Origin: Candidatus Yanofskybacteria bacterium CG10_big_fil_rev_8_21_14_0_10_36_16
GTDB taxonomy: Bacteria > Patescibacteriota > Minisyncoccia > 2-02-FULL-40-12 > IGHO2-01-FULL-4-A
Assembly: GCA_002794035.1 (NCBI GenBank)
Contig: PCXQ01000004.1
Span: 187,064-251,063, forward strand
Direction of reading: 5' to 3'
Length of the DNA stretch: 64,000 bases
In this document: in pieces, positions 29,351-38,894 of the stretch
Layout: every line of letters starts with the position of its first letter
How positions within the stretch are numbered: position 1 is the stretch's first letter
Made by a program: the position numbers and the translations under genes
The notes under the pieces: generated by a model
What the model was told of the DNA's origin: nothing
What the model saw: only the letters and a program-made list of their open reading frames with translations
Database searches by the model: none

Positions 29351-30874
29351 ATGCCAAAAAAATATACCCCGGGAAAACCCGGTGAATTTCCATTTACACG
29401 AGGAACCCGATCTCTAGGGTATCAAGATCCTAAGAAAAAGTTTTGGACAATGAGAATGTTCTCTGGTTTTGGATCTGCTGAAAACACTAATGAGCGTTTT
29501 AAAAAACTATTATCCGAAGGTGAAACTGGATTGTCAACCGCATTTGATATGCCCACCCTTTTAGGACTTGATTCTGATGATCCTAGGGCCAAATGGGATA
29601 TCGGAAAGGGAGGGGTCGCAGTTTGTACTCTCGAGGATATGGAAGTCCTTTTCAAAGACATACCATTAGACAAAGTTACAACCTCTATGACAATAAATGC
29701 TCCTGCTGCAGTTTTATTGGCAATGTATATTGCTGTTGCAGAAAAAAAAGGGATTTCAAAGAATCAAATTGGAGGAACAATCCAAAATGACATTTTAAAA
29801 GAATATATTGCTCAAAAAGAGTGGATTTTTCCCCCATTACCTTCAGTGCGTTTAATAGTTGATACGATTGAATATTGTTCTGAATTTGTACCACGCTGGA
29901 ACACTGTTTCAATCTCCGGCTACCACATTCGAGAGGCAGGAGCTACAGCAGTACAGGAATTAGCTTTTACTTTGGCAGATGGCATAGCCTATGTCGAAGC
30001 ATGTATAAAAAGAGGCTTGCGAATTGATGATTTTGCGTCCAGACTTTCTTTCTTTTTTGATTTTCACAATAATTTTTTTGAAGAAATAGCAAAATTAAGA
30101 GCCGCCCGATATTTATGGGCACACATTATTAAAGAAAGATTCGGCGCACAAAACACGAGATCGATGATGTGTAGAATGCACGTCCAAACTGCAGGCTGCA
30201 CACTAACTCACCAACAACCCTTGAACAACATCGTCAGAGTAGCAATACAAGCTCTGGGTGCGGTTTTGGGGAATACCCAATCACTACACACAAATTCTTA
30301 TGATGAAGAATTGTGCCTACCCTCCGAGGAAGCTGTCATAATTGCCTTGCGTACTCAGCAAATAATTGCCCACGAAACAGGCATTGCAAATGTTCCTGAT
30401 CCCCTTGGTGGCTCTCCCTACATAGAAGGTCTCACCAAAAAATTGATAGAAGACGCACGAGATTATATAAAAAAAATAGATGACATGGGAGGCATGATAA
30501 AAGCTATTGAAAAAGGTTTTCCTCAAAAAGAGATACGAGACTCGGCTTGGCTTGATAAAAAGTTTCAAGACGATAAAACCAAAATCGTAGTTGGTGCAAA
30601 TAAATTTAATGACACATCAGAAGAAGAAAGTTGTGGAAATTTTGAAATTGATCCTCAAGCTCAAACACGTCAACTAGAAAGACTTAAAGCTTTCAAGGCA
30701 AGAAAAAATTCTAAATTAGTTAAAGAATCTTTATTAGAAATAAAAATTGCGGCTATGGAAAATAAAAACCTGATGCCCTATTTAATTGAAGCTGTAAAAA
30801 ACAACGTTACTCTTGGTGAAATTTGCACCAGTTTAAAAAAGGTATTTGGAGAGTATCAGGAGGTGGCAAATTGA
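29351..30874 (+). CDS. icmA: B12-dependent acyl-CoA mutase large subunit, isobutyryl-CoA mutase (IcmA) type
   Basis: PGEFPFTRG, WTMRMFSGFG, AFDMPTL, QNDILKEYIAQKEW, SISGYHIREAGA, QSLHTNSYDE. Confidence 0.85.
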   Translation: MPKKYTPGKPGEFPFTRGTRSLGYQDPKKKFWTMRMFSGFGSAENTNERFKKLLSEGETGLSTAFDMPTLLGLDSDDPRAKWDIGKGGVAVCTLEDMEVLFKDIPLDKVTTSMTINAPAAVLLAMYIAVAEKKGISKNQIGGTIQNDILKEYIAQKEWIFPPLPSVRLIVDTIEYCSEFVPRWNTVSISGYHIREAGATAVQELAFTLADGIAYVEACIKRGLRIDDFASRLSFFFDFHNNFFEEIAKLRAARYLWAHIIKERFGAQNTRSMMCRMHVQTAGCTLTHQQPLNNIVRVAIQALGAVLGNTQSLHTNSYDEELCLPSEEAVIIALRTQQIIAHETGIANVPDPLGGSPYIEGLTKKLIEDARDYIKKIDDMGGMIKAIEKGFPQKEIRDSAWLDKKFQDDKTKIVVGANKFNDTSEEESCGNFEIDPQAQTRQLERLKAFKARKNSKLVKESLLEIKIAAMENKNLMPYLIEAVKNNVTLGEICTSLKKVFGEYQEVAN

Positions 30875-31980
30875 CTACAAAAATATTGCTGGTAAAGGGT
30901 GGACTAGATGGTCATGATCGTGGAATTCAAATTGTGACTAAGGCTCTGAGAGATTCTGGTTTTGATGTAATTTATGGTGGCCTTTATTGTTCTCCCGAAG
31001 AAATAGCAGCAATAACCATTCAAGAAAATGTCGATGTGGTTGGAATTTCCACACACAGCGGAAATCATCTGGGTATTTTTTCAGAAACCATAAAAATTTT
31101 AAAAGAAAAAACAAATACCCACTGGCCCATTATTGGCGGAGGAATTATTCCAGCAAACGACATCCCCGCTCTTGAGAAAATGGGTGTAGATAAAATTTAT
31201 TTACCAAGTACTAACATTACAGAAATTGTTGAATTCATAAAGGGGCTGAAGTTAATGAAAAGAAAAAAAGAATCACAACAAAAAACAATTGAAAGAATTT
31301 TAAAAGGAGAAGTTTTTGCGGCAGCGTCTTTAATGTCATTAGTTGAACAAGGCGACAATAACGCAAAGAAAATAATTTCTAAATTACCAGATTTATCCCC
31401 CCAAACTATTGTAGTTGGCATAACTGGCTTCGGCGGCGTTGGAAAAAGTACTTTAATTAACAAACTTATCGAACATTTCAGAAAGGACAGAAAAACTGTT
31501 GGGGTTATAGCATGTGACCCAGTGAGTGTTTCCCGTGGTGCAGTTATGGGAGACAGAATAAGAATGAAAGATCACGCCCAAGATGAGGGTGTTTTTATAA
31601 GAAGTATTGTTCAACGCCAAAATTTCAAAGGAGTAACACCGACAACCCCATCAATTATAAAAATTTTGGGAGCAATGAAAAAAGATATAATAATTGTCGA
31701 AACTGCTGGAGCCGGACAGGAAAATTCAGGATTTAAAGACCTCGTAAAAGTTTTAGTATGGGTTTCTGTTCCCGGACTTGGTGATAAAATCCAAATGCTT
31801 AAGGGTGGAGGTATTGAAACTGCCAATATTATAGTTGTAAACCAATCGGATAAAGCAGCCTCGTATTTGACATTTCAAGATCTTAAAGAACATTTTGAAA
31901 ACACCAAAAAAATATGCAAAACCAATTCTCTGACAGGAGAAGGCATTTCCGAATTAGTCAAAGCAATAAAAGTGGTTTAA
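30871..31980 (+). CDS. Fusion of cobalamin-binding mutase small subunit and MeaB/ArgK GTPase
   Basis: DGHDRG (DxHxxG), GITGFGGVGKST, GDRIRM, ETAGAGQ; TTG start with GGAGGT SD overlapping the upstream stop. Confidence 0.88.
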   Translation: MTTKILLVKGGLDGHDRGIQIVTKALRDSGFDVIYGGLYCSPEEIAAITIQENVDVVGISTHSGNHLGIFSETIKILKEKTNTHWPIIGGGIIPANDIPALEKMGVDKIYLPSTNITEIVEFIKGLKLMKRKKESQQKTIERILKGEVFAAASLMSLVEQGDNNAKKIISKLPDLSPQTIVVGITGFGGVGKSTLINKLIEHFRKDRKTVGVIACDPVSVSRGAVMGDRIRMKDHAQDEGVFIRSIVQRQNFKGVTPTTPSIIKILGAMKKDIIIVETAGAGQENSGFKDLVKVLVWVSVPGLGDKIQMLKGGGIETANIIVVNQSDKAASYLTFQDLKEHFENTKKICKTNSLTGEGISELVKAIKVV

Positions 31981-32255
31981 AAATAAACCGCTTTTTTATT
32001 TAATTTAAACTGTCCAATTCCTAATAAAAACAACAAAATGGACACTCGTACATTTTTAGGTCTTTATTGTTGTACTACAGCGGCTCCGGGAAGCAACGTC
32101 TCAGCAGGACAAATAGGACTCCCCGCCTCTGGCAGGACAAACTTCTCATCCTGCCCTCAAAAACTAGTTAAAACAAAAATACAGGGTTAACTCTGTATTT
32201 TTATTTTACAAGTTCTGAACTGCTTGCGATGAGTCCGTCGAATGGTTGCCTGTGT

Positions 32256-32357
32256 CCTAACGTGCAACTAAGCAAGAACGAGGAAGTACTGAGCACAGCA
32301 GTGCGAATGTAGATTCGAGAGAATCATCGAACATATTATGTGTCTAAGTTAGAGAAA
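32256..32357. repeat. Direct repeat A (cassette-boundary-like)
   Basis: AACGTGC.ACTAAGC.AGA.CGAGGAAGTACTGAGCA...GCAGTGCGAA.GTAGATT.GA.AGAAT.AT.G.ACATATTATGTG is shared with 33663-33808. Confidence 0.85.
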
Positions 32358-32375
32358 CCAGGTTCCTATAATTTG

Positions 32376-32702
32376 TTATCCAAACACTAAAACCTTATCT
32401 GACTCATCAATCATTTTTACCAAATCGATCATAGTGGTTATAGGACAAACCTTACTTTCGGATTTAGAACGAATTTTAAGACAAGTCTCGCAGGCCACAA
32501 GAACACCTTTTAGGTCTTTGAACTCCTGGATTCTCTTGGAGATATCAAACTGTTCAGTATCAGAAATGTCTTCAACTTCAACTCCTTCATTCATAAGAGA
32601 GATTTTAACCGAATGACCCGCTTTTAATGCGGTAATGGCTAAACGAAATGTATTCCAGATATGTTCTGGATTTTTAGATTGTAAAATAATGCCGATTTTC
32701 AT
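32376..32702 (-). CDS. DsrE/DsrF-like family protein
   Basis: WNTFRLA..AL..GH.V...LMNEGVE...ACETCLKIR...CP......L...I.ESDKVLVF. Confidence 0.85.
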   Translation of the reverse strand: MKIGIILQSKNPEHIWNTFRLAITALKAGHSVKISLMNEGVEVEDISDTEQFDISKRIQEFKDLKGVLVACETCLKIRSKSESKVCPITTMIDLVKMIDESDKVLVFG

Positions 32703-32704
32703 AA

Positions 32705-32926
32705 TTATTTCCTAGCCCACATCCAAAACCTCTCATGCAGATAATAAACTAGGGTTAATATAATACCAGCAACTACGGAAATTTCTCCCGACTTCTTGAT
32801 TTCCCCGGTATACACATAAACAACCACGCCAGTAATAATCATGGCGAATATTCTCCAACTTACTGCTTTTATTATAGGTCGAACACGATTGTTCCGAACC
32901 ATCGCTCTGATAAAATTTATCGTCAT
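32705..32926 (-). CDS. DUF2061 family small membrane protein
   Basis: R.IIKAVSWR......T ... YYLHERFW. Confidence 0.8.
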   Translation of the reverse strand: MTINFIRAMVRNNRVRPIIKAVSWRIFAMIITGVVVYVYTGEIKKSGEISVVAGIILTLVYYLHERFWMWARK

Positions 32927-32932
32927 AAGTAT

Positions 32933-33616
32933 CTAACTTAAATCTTTTTTCTTTTCCTCAAATTCTTTTTTATCAATCTCGCCACGGGCATAGCGTTCTT
33001 TTAGAACATCTAGGGCAGATTTGGAACCTCCGTTTCTGCCTTGGCTCATCAACCATTTTACAAGAGCAACTATGCCAGCAATAATCAGAGCCCACCATAA
33101 AAACATAAAAATAAAACCGAGACCCCCGAAACCACCAAAACCAAAATTCATCATATTGTTTGTTGAATTATTATTGCCGAAGGGAGACGACCACCCTCCC
33201 CACATCATATTCATCATGGGCATCCAACCACCGCTTATTGCCGGGAATGCCGCCGAAGTATCACAACCAGAAAGACGCTTGCCCATAACGATATGAATTT
33301 GTTCTTCACCGTCTTCACCGTGTGCCTGAATCATCATAGCGTTCATGGCGACGTGAGATTCACCAGCCATCTGTCCCATAAAATACTCGCCAAGAACTCC
33401 ATACTGCTCATCATTTAGATCGGCACAAACAACCTCTTTTGCCTGAAGTTTATTCCAAAGTTCTTTGCCTTCTTGTTCTTCGCGAGCAGTGTGCTCAACA
33501 ACCTCGTTCCAATCAACAGAAGTATTGGAAAACCCACCCATCATTTGGGCGTTGACTGCAGATGTTATTACTAGAAGGGCACCGAAAATAAATATTGCAA
33601 GTAGTGTGTTTTTCAT
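32933..33616 (-). CDS. Met/Gly-rich membrane protein with a C-terminal SHOCT domain
   Basis: Signal peptide, MMGG-rich segments, TM, ALDVLKERYARGEIDKKEFEE. Confidence 0.85.
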   Translation of the reverse strand: MKNTLLAIFIFGALLVITSAVNAQMMGGFSNTSVDWNEVVEHTAREEQEGKELWNKLQAKEVVCADLNDEQYGVLGEYFMGQMAGESHVAMNAMMIQAHGEDGEEQIHIVMGKRLSGCDTSAAFPAISGGWMPMMNMMWGGWSSPFGNNNSTNNMMNFGFGGFGGLGFIFMFLWWALIIAGIVALVKWLMSQGRNGGSKSALDVLKERYARGEIDKKEFEEKKKDLS

Positions 33617-33662
33617 AAGATAAATATAGCACACCTTACTCTTTCTAGCCATATTTTTCCGA

Positions 33663-33808
33663 CCGAACGTGCGACTAAGCGAGAGCGAGGAAGTACTGAG
33701 CAAAGTGAGTGAATGAAAGTGAATGAATACTGAGGTTAGCAGGCCGAACGTGCAGTGCGAAGTAGATTAGACAGAATTATTGGACATATTATGTGCCCAA
33801 ATTGGAAA
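33663..33808. repeat. Direct repeat B (longer copy with an internal duplication)
   Basis: Matches repeat A; CCGAACGTGC and TACTGAG each occur twice internally. Confidence 0.85.
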
Positions 33809-33868
33809 AGCAAAAAACAAAAAAGTGCGCAGTTATCGCACTTGACTGTAGTAAATTATGTTTTCCTG

Positions 33869-34411
33869 TCAGATGTTTGCTTTTCTAAATAACAACCCAG
33901 ATACCGCAAAAATTGCGGCAAAAATAAAATTGACAATAAATACACCAACAACACCTGCATTCCCCCAAGAAACTTCGGGCGAAATAATCAAAGCAACCAC
34001 TGGAACTAAAAACTGGATGAGTGCCACAACAAACAATGTGTATGCCATTCCATGTGACTTAAAGCGTGAAAGCAAAGAGCCGATGAACCCAACAATAGGT
34101 ACTGCCCAATACATCGAGTTGACTGAGTTATCTTCGCTTCCGATAATACCGACAGCACCACTGACCCAACCGAGAAGAAAAACCCCGAAGAACCCCATAA
34201 TAAAAGCGAAGCAGTATAACTTATTGCGGGTCTTTAACCATTGCCATAATTCATAGGCGCCGCCGACAATCAAAAACATAACACCAAAAGCAACAGTTTC
34301 ATTCCATTGAACTTCGTCTGCGAATGGTTGAAACTGTATTGCTAAAAGCATTATCAATATAAGTGCCACAACAACAGCCCACACTCTTTGTCTTTTTGTA
34401 ATATTTTTCAT
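33869..34411 (-). CDS. Hypothetical multi-TM membrane protein
   Basis: AGGAG SD before ATG 34411; EVQW and WV.GAVGIIGSEDN motifs. Confidence 0.75.
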   Translation of the reverse strand: MKNITKRQRVWAVVVALILIMLLAIQFQPFADEVQWNETVAFGVMFLIVGGAYELWQWLKTRNKLYCFAFIMGFFGVFLLGWVSGAVGIIGSEDNSVNSMYWAVPIVGFIGSLLSRFKSHGMAYTLFVVALIQFLVPVVALIISPEVSWGNAGVVGVFIVNFIFAAIFAVSGLLFRKANI

Positions 34412-34557
34412 AATTCTCCTATTTAAACAGTACTTTGATAATTTAACCACACTTAGGTTCATCAGTCCATCGAGCTCAGCTCGGTCCATGCTTGGGTTCT
34501 TCGACTAAACTCAGGATAAATAAAATAAAACACTAGGAAAATCCTAGTGTTTTATTG

Positions 34558-34632
34558 TGGCTCCGGGAGCAGGACTCGAACCTGCAACCATCTCCTTAAC
34601 AGGGAGCCGCTCTACCATTGAGCTATCCCGGA
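34558..34632 (-). tRNA. tRNA-Asn(GTT)
   Basis: TCCGGGA-TAGCTCAATGGTAGAGC...CTGTTAA...GCAGGTTCGAGTCCTGC-TCCCGGA-G-CCA. Confidence 0.95.
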
Positions 34633-34868
34633 ATGTTGTTATCTAGCCATTTTCTACCTTGGCCAGACTTCAAAAAACGTTCTCTCGTTATCGCTTCTTT
34701 TTTAGTATTGAATTCTTCTGAGTGAATTAGTACGAATGGGCCATTTGACCTAGTCCATCTGTTACTACCAGCATTATGCTCCTTTAATCTATTAAAAACA
34801 TTTTTTGAAGTTTGACCAATATATCTCTTATTATTTTTGTTACTTCTCAATACGTAAACATAAAACAT
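34623..34868 (-). CDS. Small GIY-YIG nuclease (YhbQ/UPF0213-like)
   Basis: FYVYVL.S....RYIGQT....RL.EHN.G....T...GP...E......A..RE..LKSG.GR; stop codon lies inside the tRNA 5' end. Confidence 0.92.
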   Translation of the reverse strand: MFYVYVLRSNKNNKRYIGQTSKNVFNRLKEHNAGSNRWTRSNGPFVLIHSEEFNTKKEAITRERFLKSGQGRKWLDNNIPG

Positions 34869-34873
34869 AAAAT

Positions 34874-35060
34874 TACCATTGTCAGCCAGAGGCTGATCAG
34901 CCTACGGCTGAAGCTATCCCGGAATGAATTGTTAAACATTTATCCGGCCAATGGTAGAGCAGCGAACTGATCCACCATTGAGTCCCGACGTTTTAGTCGG
35001 GATCCTCGATTTTGTAATCCTGCTAAAGCAGGAAACAAATATCGGGACCATCCCGGAATG
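34874..35060 (-). repeat. Two duplicated tRNA-Asn 5' fragments, each interrupted by palindromic inserts
   Basis: CATTCCGGGAT..[insert]..CAATGGT at 34874-34926 and 34974-35060. Confidence 0.8.
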
Positions 35061-35167
35061 TTTCCATATTTAATTGTACGTCTATTCTAACAAAAATTAC
35101 GATATTTGCAAACCAAATCAATGTTTTTTTAGAAATAAAAAACCTGCAAATGCAGGATTTTTATAGT

Positions 35168-37351
35168 TTAAAACTCTAAAAGCTTACTTAAACCAGAAAC
35201 AATTTTACCAACCGTAGGGAGATAAAGCTCTTCAAGCTCTGGTGAAAATGGTACTGGCGTGTCTTCAGCTGCAATCAATACAACTGGTGCATCCAAATCC
35301 TCAAAAGACTCTTCGCTAATTCTACTCACTATCGTTTGGCCAAAACAACCAGTTTTAGATGCTTCGCATGTTACCAAAACTCTGCTAGTTTTTTTGATTG
35401 ACTCAGAAATGCATTCAAAATCAACAGGAATTAAAGATCTCAAATCTATAATCTCTATTGTCTTGCCTGTTTCGGCTTCCACTCGCTTAACCGCTTCAAT
35501 AGCTCTAAACATCTGAGAGCCATAACTAATAACAGTTGCATCTACCCCCTCTTTTAAAATTCTAGCCCTACCAAAAGGAACAGTATAATCGCCTTCAGGA
35601 ACTGGGGTGTTGAGCTCGGGAGGAATCATGCCGGATTCCGGATTTAAATTATAAATCCCCTTATATTCTACAAAAATTACAGGACTGTCATCTAATATAG
35701 CAGAATTTAGCAAACCCCTTGCATCAAATGATGTTATGGGAGCAACAATCTTAAAACCCGGCGTAGAGGCAAACCATGATTCTGGGTGAGCACTATGAAA
35801 AGAAGATGAGCCCTTGGTCCAGCCAGAAGGCATCCGGAAAACAATTGGCATTGGACCGAAACCTCTAGCAATCTGATTGGCTACAAAATTTACCATAATC
35901 ATAAAAGCAGATGATGAAAAATCAGCAAATTCAAATTCAACAATAGGTCTGAGATTTAAATAAGTAGATCCCACAGCCATTCCAACTATTCCTGATTCAG
36001 CTAAGGGCATATCAATTACACGCCTTTGATAAATTTTGTTAATTTTATAAAAATCTTCTGGCCATTCAATATTATCAAAAATACGAGAAAGTCCTTCTGT
36101 AACCTTAAATGCACCACCACTTAATCCAATGTCTTCTCCTAGAAGAATCACATTGGGGTCTTTTGTCATTCTTGTTATTAATGCTCCCCTGATTGCTTCA
36201 CGGTATGTAATTAAATCTCCATTGTTTGGAGGTAAAACAATTTCATTTTCGTGAACAATCTCAGGCATAAAAATAGACCTCCTGATATCTTTCACTTTTG
36301 GTCCAGAGCATTTTTCAGATCGCGCCAAATCTTCTTTAACAGTTTGTTCTGCCCTTTCTTCAATTTGATCAAGAGTCTTATCATCAACTTGGAATTCATC
36401 GGTAAGACGTTTTAACAAAGCATCAACAGGATCCTTTTTTCTCCACTTCTCTAGCATTTCTTCTGGCACATATTTGTGACTATCAGCAAGTGAATGTCCC
36501 GCCATTCTCATGGTTTTTGCAACAATAATAGAGATGATTTTTTCATTTCTTGCACGATCAAGAGCCCTAGAAACAGTGTTATAAACCATACCAACATTCG
36601 TACCATCAATTAAAAATCCTTCCACATTTCTGCCATAACCCAAAGCCCTGAGAGCTAAAGTTGGAGACCTAAATTCAAAAAAGTTAGGAGTACCAAATGC
36701 CCATTGATTGTTTTCGATTACAACAACCATAGGCAACTCTTTTACAGCTGCAATATTCAATGCTTCATGCACAATACCAATACTAGTTGCTCCATCTCCT
36801 AAAAAAGCCAGTACAGCATCCTCGGAATTGTGAAAATTTATTCCAAAAGCACAACCTGAAGCAATTGGCAACATTATGCCCAAGTGGCTAACAAAAGGAA
36901 TTATTCTTTTTTCAAAATCTCCAAAATGGAGGCTAGCATCCCAACCATGAGTAGGGCCATCTTTTTTTGCACAGATCTGGCACATTATTTCGTAAGGTGT
37001 TAGTCCGCGGACCAAATGAGTGCCTAGGTCCCGAATGGCTGGTGCAAACCAATCTTCTTTTTTGAGTGCATAACCAGCACCAACAGCAGTTGCTTCATTT
37101 CCTAAACTTGAAAGATGCTTGCCCAATGCCTTACCTTTTTTGATCAAAAGTTTAATTTCTCTCTCTGTCTTTCTGGTAAGATGCATATAGTAATACAATT
37201 CTTTATACAGTTCCCTTAAATCACATTGAGATTCAGTAACAACTTGAGATTCTATACCCTCAGCAGATATACGATAAACAACATCGTTTAAATCTTTAAA
37301 AGGATCAATCTTCTCTAATTTTCTATACATTTCTGCAAAATATCTGGGCAT
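35168..37351 (-). CDS. 2-oxoacid dehydrogenase E1 alpha+beta fusion (branched-chain-like)
   Basis: TPP motif GDGAT...ENNQWA, RMAGHS, LGEDIG..GGAFKVT, DMPLAESGIVG, IDLRSL.P.D. Confidence 0.88.
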   Translation of the reverse strand: MPRYFAEMYRKLEKIDPFKDLNDVVYRISAEGIESQVVTESQCDLRELYKELYYYMHLTRKTEREIKLLIKKGKALGKHLSSLGNEATAVGAGYALKKEDWFAPAIRDLGTHLVRGLTPYEIMCQICAKKDGPTHGWDASLHFGDFEKRIIPFVSHLGIMLPIASGCAFGINFHNSEDAVLAFLGDGATSIGIVHEALNIAAVKELPMVVVIENNQWAFGTPNFFEFRSPTLALRALGYGRNVEGFLIDGTNVGMVYNTVSRALDRARNEKIISIIVAKTMRMAGHSLADSHKYVPEEMLEKWRKKDPVDALLKRLTDEFQVDDKTLDQIEERAEQTVKEDLARSEKCSGPKVKDIRRSIFMPEIVHENEIVLPPNNGDLITYREAIRGALITRMTKDPNVILLGEDIGLSGGAFKVTEGLSRIFDNIEWPEDFYKINKIYQRRVIDMPLAESGIVGMAVGSTYLNLRPIVEFEFADFSSSAFMIMVNFVANQIARGFGPMPIVFRMPSGWTKGSSSFHSAHPESWFASTPGFKIVAPITSFDARGLLNSAILDDSPVIFVEYKGIYNLNPESGMIPPELNTPVPEGDYTVPFGRARILKEGVDATVISYGSQMFRAIEAVKRVEAETGKTIEIIDLRSLIPVDFECISESIKKTSRVLVTCEASKTGCFGQTIVSRISEESFEDLDAPVVLIAAEDTPVPFSPELEELYLPTVGKIVSGLSKLLEF

Positions 37352-37481
37352 TTTTAACCTCCCTCAGAAGATAAACTGGTTCAAATTTACCCCATCTTAT
37401 CAAAAAAGTAAATATGTAATTACTAAGCACAGCCACTAAGCTTCCGGGCAAAAAATATTGTTCTATGCTATTATTTATGTA

Positions 37482-38894
37482 ATGGATAATTACCCCAAAC
37501 TACAAGAAAAAGAATTGCCCAAACCGCCTCACTGGACTAAGGCCATAGGCGTTGGTGTCGTTGTAACAGGTCTTGCAATAGGAACAGGAGAACTCATTTT
37601 GTGGCCACACCTAATAACAAAACATGGCCTTTCTCTTTTGTGGTTGGCTCTTATCGGAATAACCTGCCAATATTTTATAAACAGAGAAGTTGCGCGCCAC
37701 GAAGTAGCTACAGGCGAAAGCTTCTTCACTACTTCAGCTCGGATCATTCAGTGGTCTGTATTTTTTTGGCTTTTTTCAGCTATTGCACTTTATATCTGGC
37801 CGGGCTGGGCCTCAGCCATTGCTACAACACTAAAAGAGCTCTTTGGATTTGGGAGCCACCTTGGATGGTCATGGGCAACACTAGCTTTAGTTTTGGTACT
37901 AACTTTTAGCGGAAAAGTGGCATATAGCATGCTTGAAAAATCACTAAAGATAACTGTGCCGACATTCTTTGTACTTTTGTTAGTTATCAGTTATTTGAAT
38001 TTATCATGGGGAGAAATTAAAACAGCATTAGCTGGGGTAGTTGCTTTTGGCACGATACCTGAAGGCGTTGATATAAACGTCCTACTGGGCGCTATTGTTT
38101 TTGCAGGTGCAGGAGGAATGCTTAACCTGACAGTATCTTTGTGGTACAGAGACAAACAAGTAGGCATGGGAAATTATATAGGCCGTGTTGTTAACCCAAT
38201 AACAGGCAAAAAAGAAGCTGTTACAGCAACAGGTTTTAAATTTGACACAAACAATAAAGCAAACATGCAAAACTGGCGAGGTTGGATGAGATACGTAATG
38301 ATAGACCAAGGATTAATATTCTTATGTCTTGGATTTGTAACCTTGTTCCTACTTAGCGTAAATGCACACTCGGTTCTCTCCCCTATGGGACTAGTGCCTG
38401 AAGGTCTTGAAATAGCTGTTGTCCAAGCAAATATTTTTGGAAACATATGGGGACCAATAGGATTTAAATTGTTCCTTGTTATGGCGTTCTTGATGTTATT
38501 CTCTGTAATGTGGACCGTAATAGATGCTTTAACAAGAATGGTATCAGATATTATTTACACCAACGCAAGAGAAGGCAAATACAAAGGAGTGTTTAGGGTA
38601 TTTAACAAATTCTCCATAGGACAGCTTTATTATGGAGTTATAGTAATCGTAGCTATCATTGGGGCTTTTCTTATACCGCTAAAACAACCCCTTACACTTT
38701 TAGTAATATCGGGAGTTTTATCTGGTCTAACCATGGCTATTTATACTCCATTCCTTATATACATAAACAACAAACACTTACCTAAACCACTAAGACCTTC
38801 GTGGTTTACAAATGTTGCCATGAGTGGAATTTCAGTTTTCTTCATGTACTTTGCTTATAAAGTTATCGTTGATGCATTTACTAAAATAATATGA
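37482..38894 (+). CDS. NRAMP/APC-superfamily (LeuT-fold) transporter
   Basis: IG.G......IGTGELILWP, E.AR....TGE, 11-12 TM. Confidence 0.75.
   Translation: MDNYPKLQEKELPKPPHWTKAIGVGVVVTGLAIGTGELILWPHLITKHGLSLLWLALIGITCQYFINREVARHEVATGESFFTTSARIIQWSVFFWLFSAIALYIWPGWASAIATTLKELFGFGSHLGWSWATLALVLVLTFSGKVAYSMLEKSLKITVPTFFVLLLVISYLNLSWGEIKTALAGVVAFGTIPEGVDINVLLGAIVFAGAGGMLNLTVSLWYRDKQVGMGNYIGRVVNPITGKKEAVTATGFKFDTNNKANMQNWRGWMRYVMIDQGLIFLCLGFVTLFLLSVNAHSVLSPMGLVPEGLEIAVVQANIFGNIWGPIGFKLFLVMAFLMLFSVMWTVIDALTRMVSDIIYTNAREGKYKGVFRVFNKFSIGQLYYGVIVIVAIIGAFLIPLKQPLTLLVISGVLSGLTMAIYTPFLIYINNKHLPKPLRPSWFTNVAMSGISVFFMYFAYKVIVDAFTKII

Noticed and set aside
29022-29393. ORFs 29022-29393 (-) and 29029-29286 (+)
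   Set aside because: They span palindromic non-coding DNA, one overlaps the mutase start, and neither has a recognisable motif
32256-33808. CRISPR array or classical integron attC sites
   Set aside because: Only two long copies separated by genes; no regular spacers, cas genes, intI or RYYYAAC/GTTRRRY boxes
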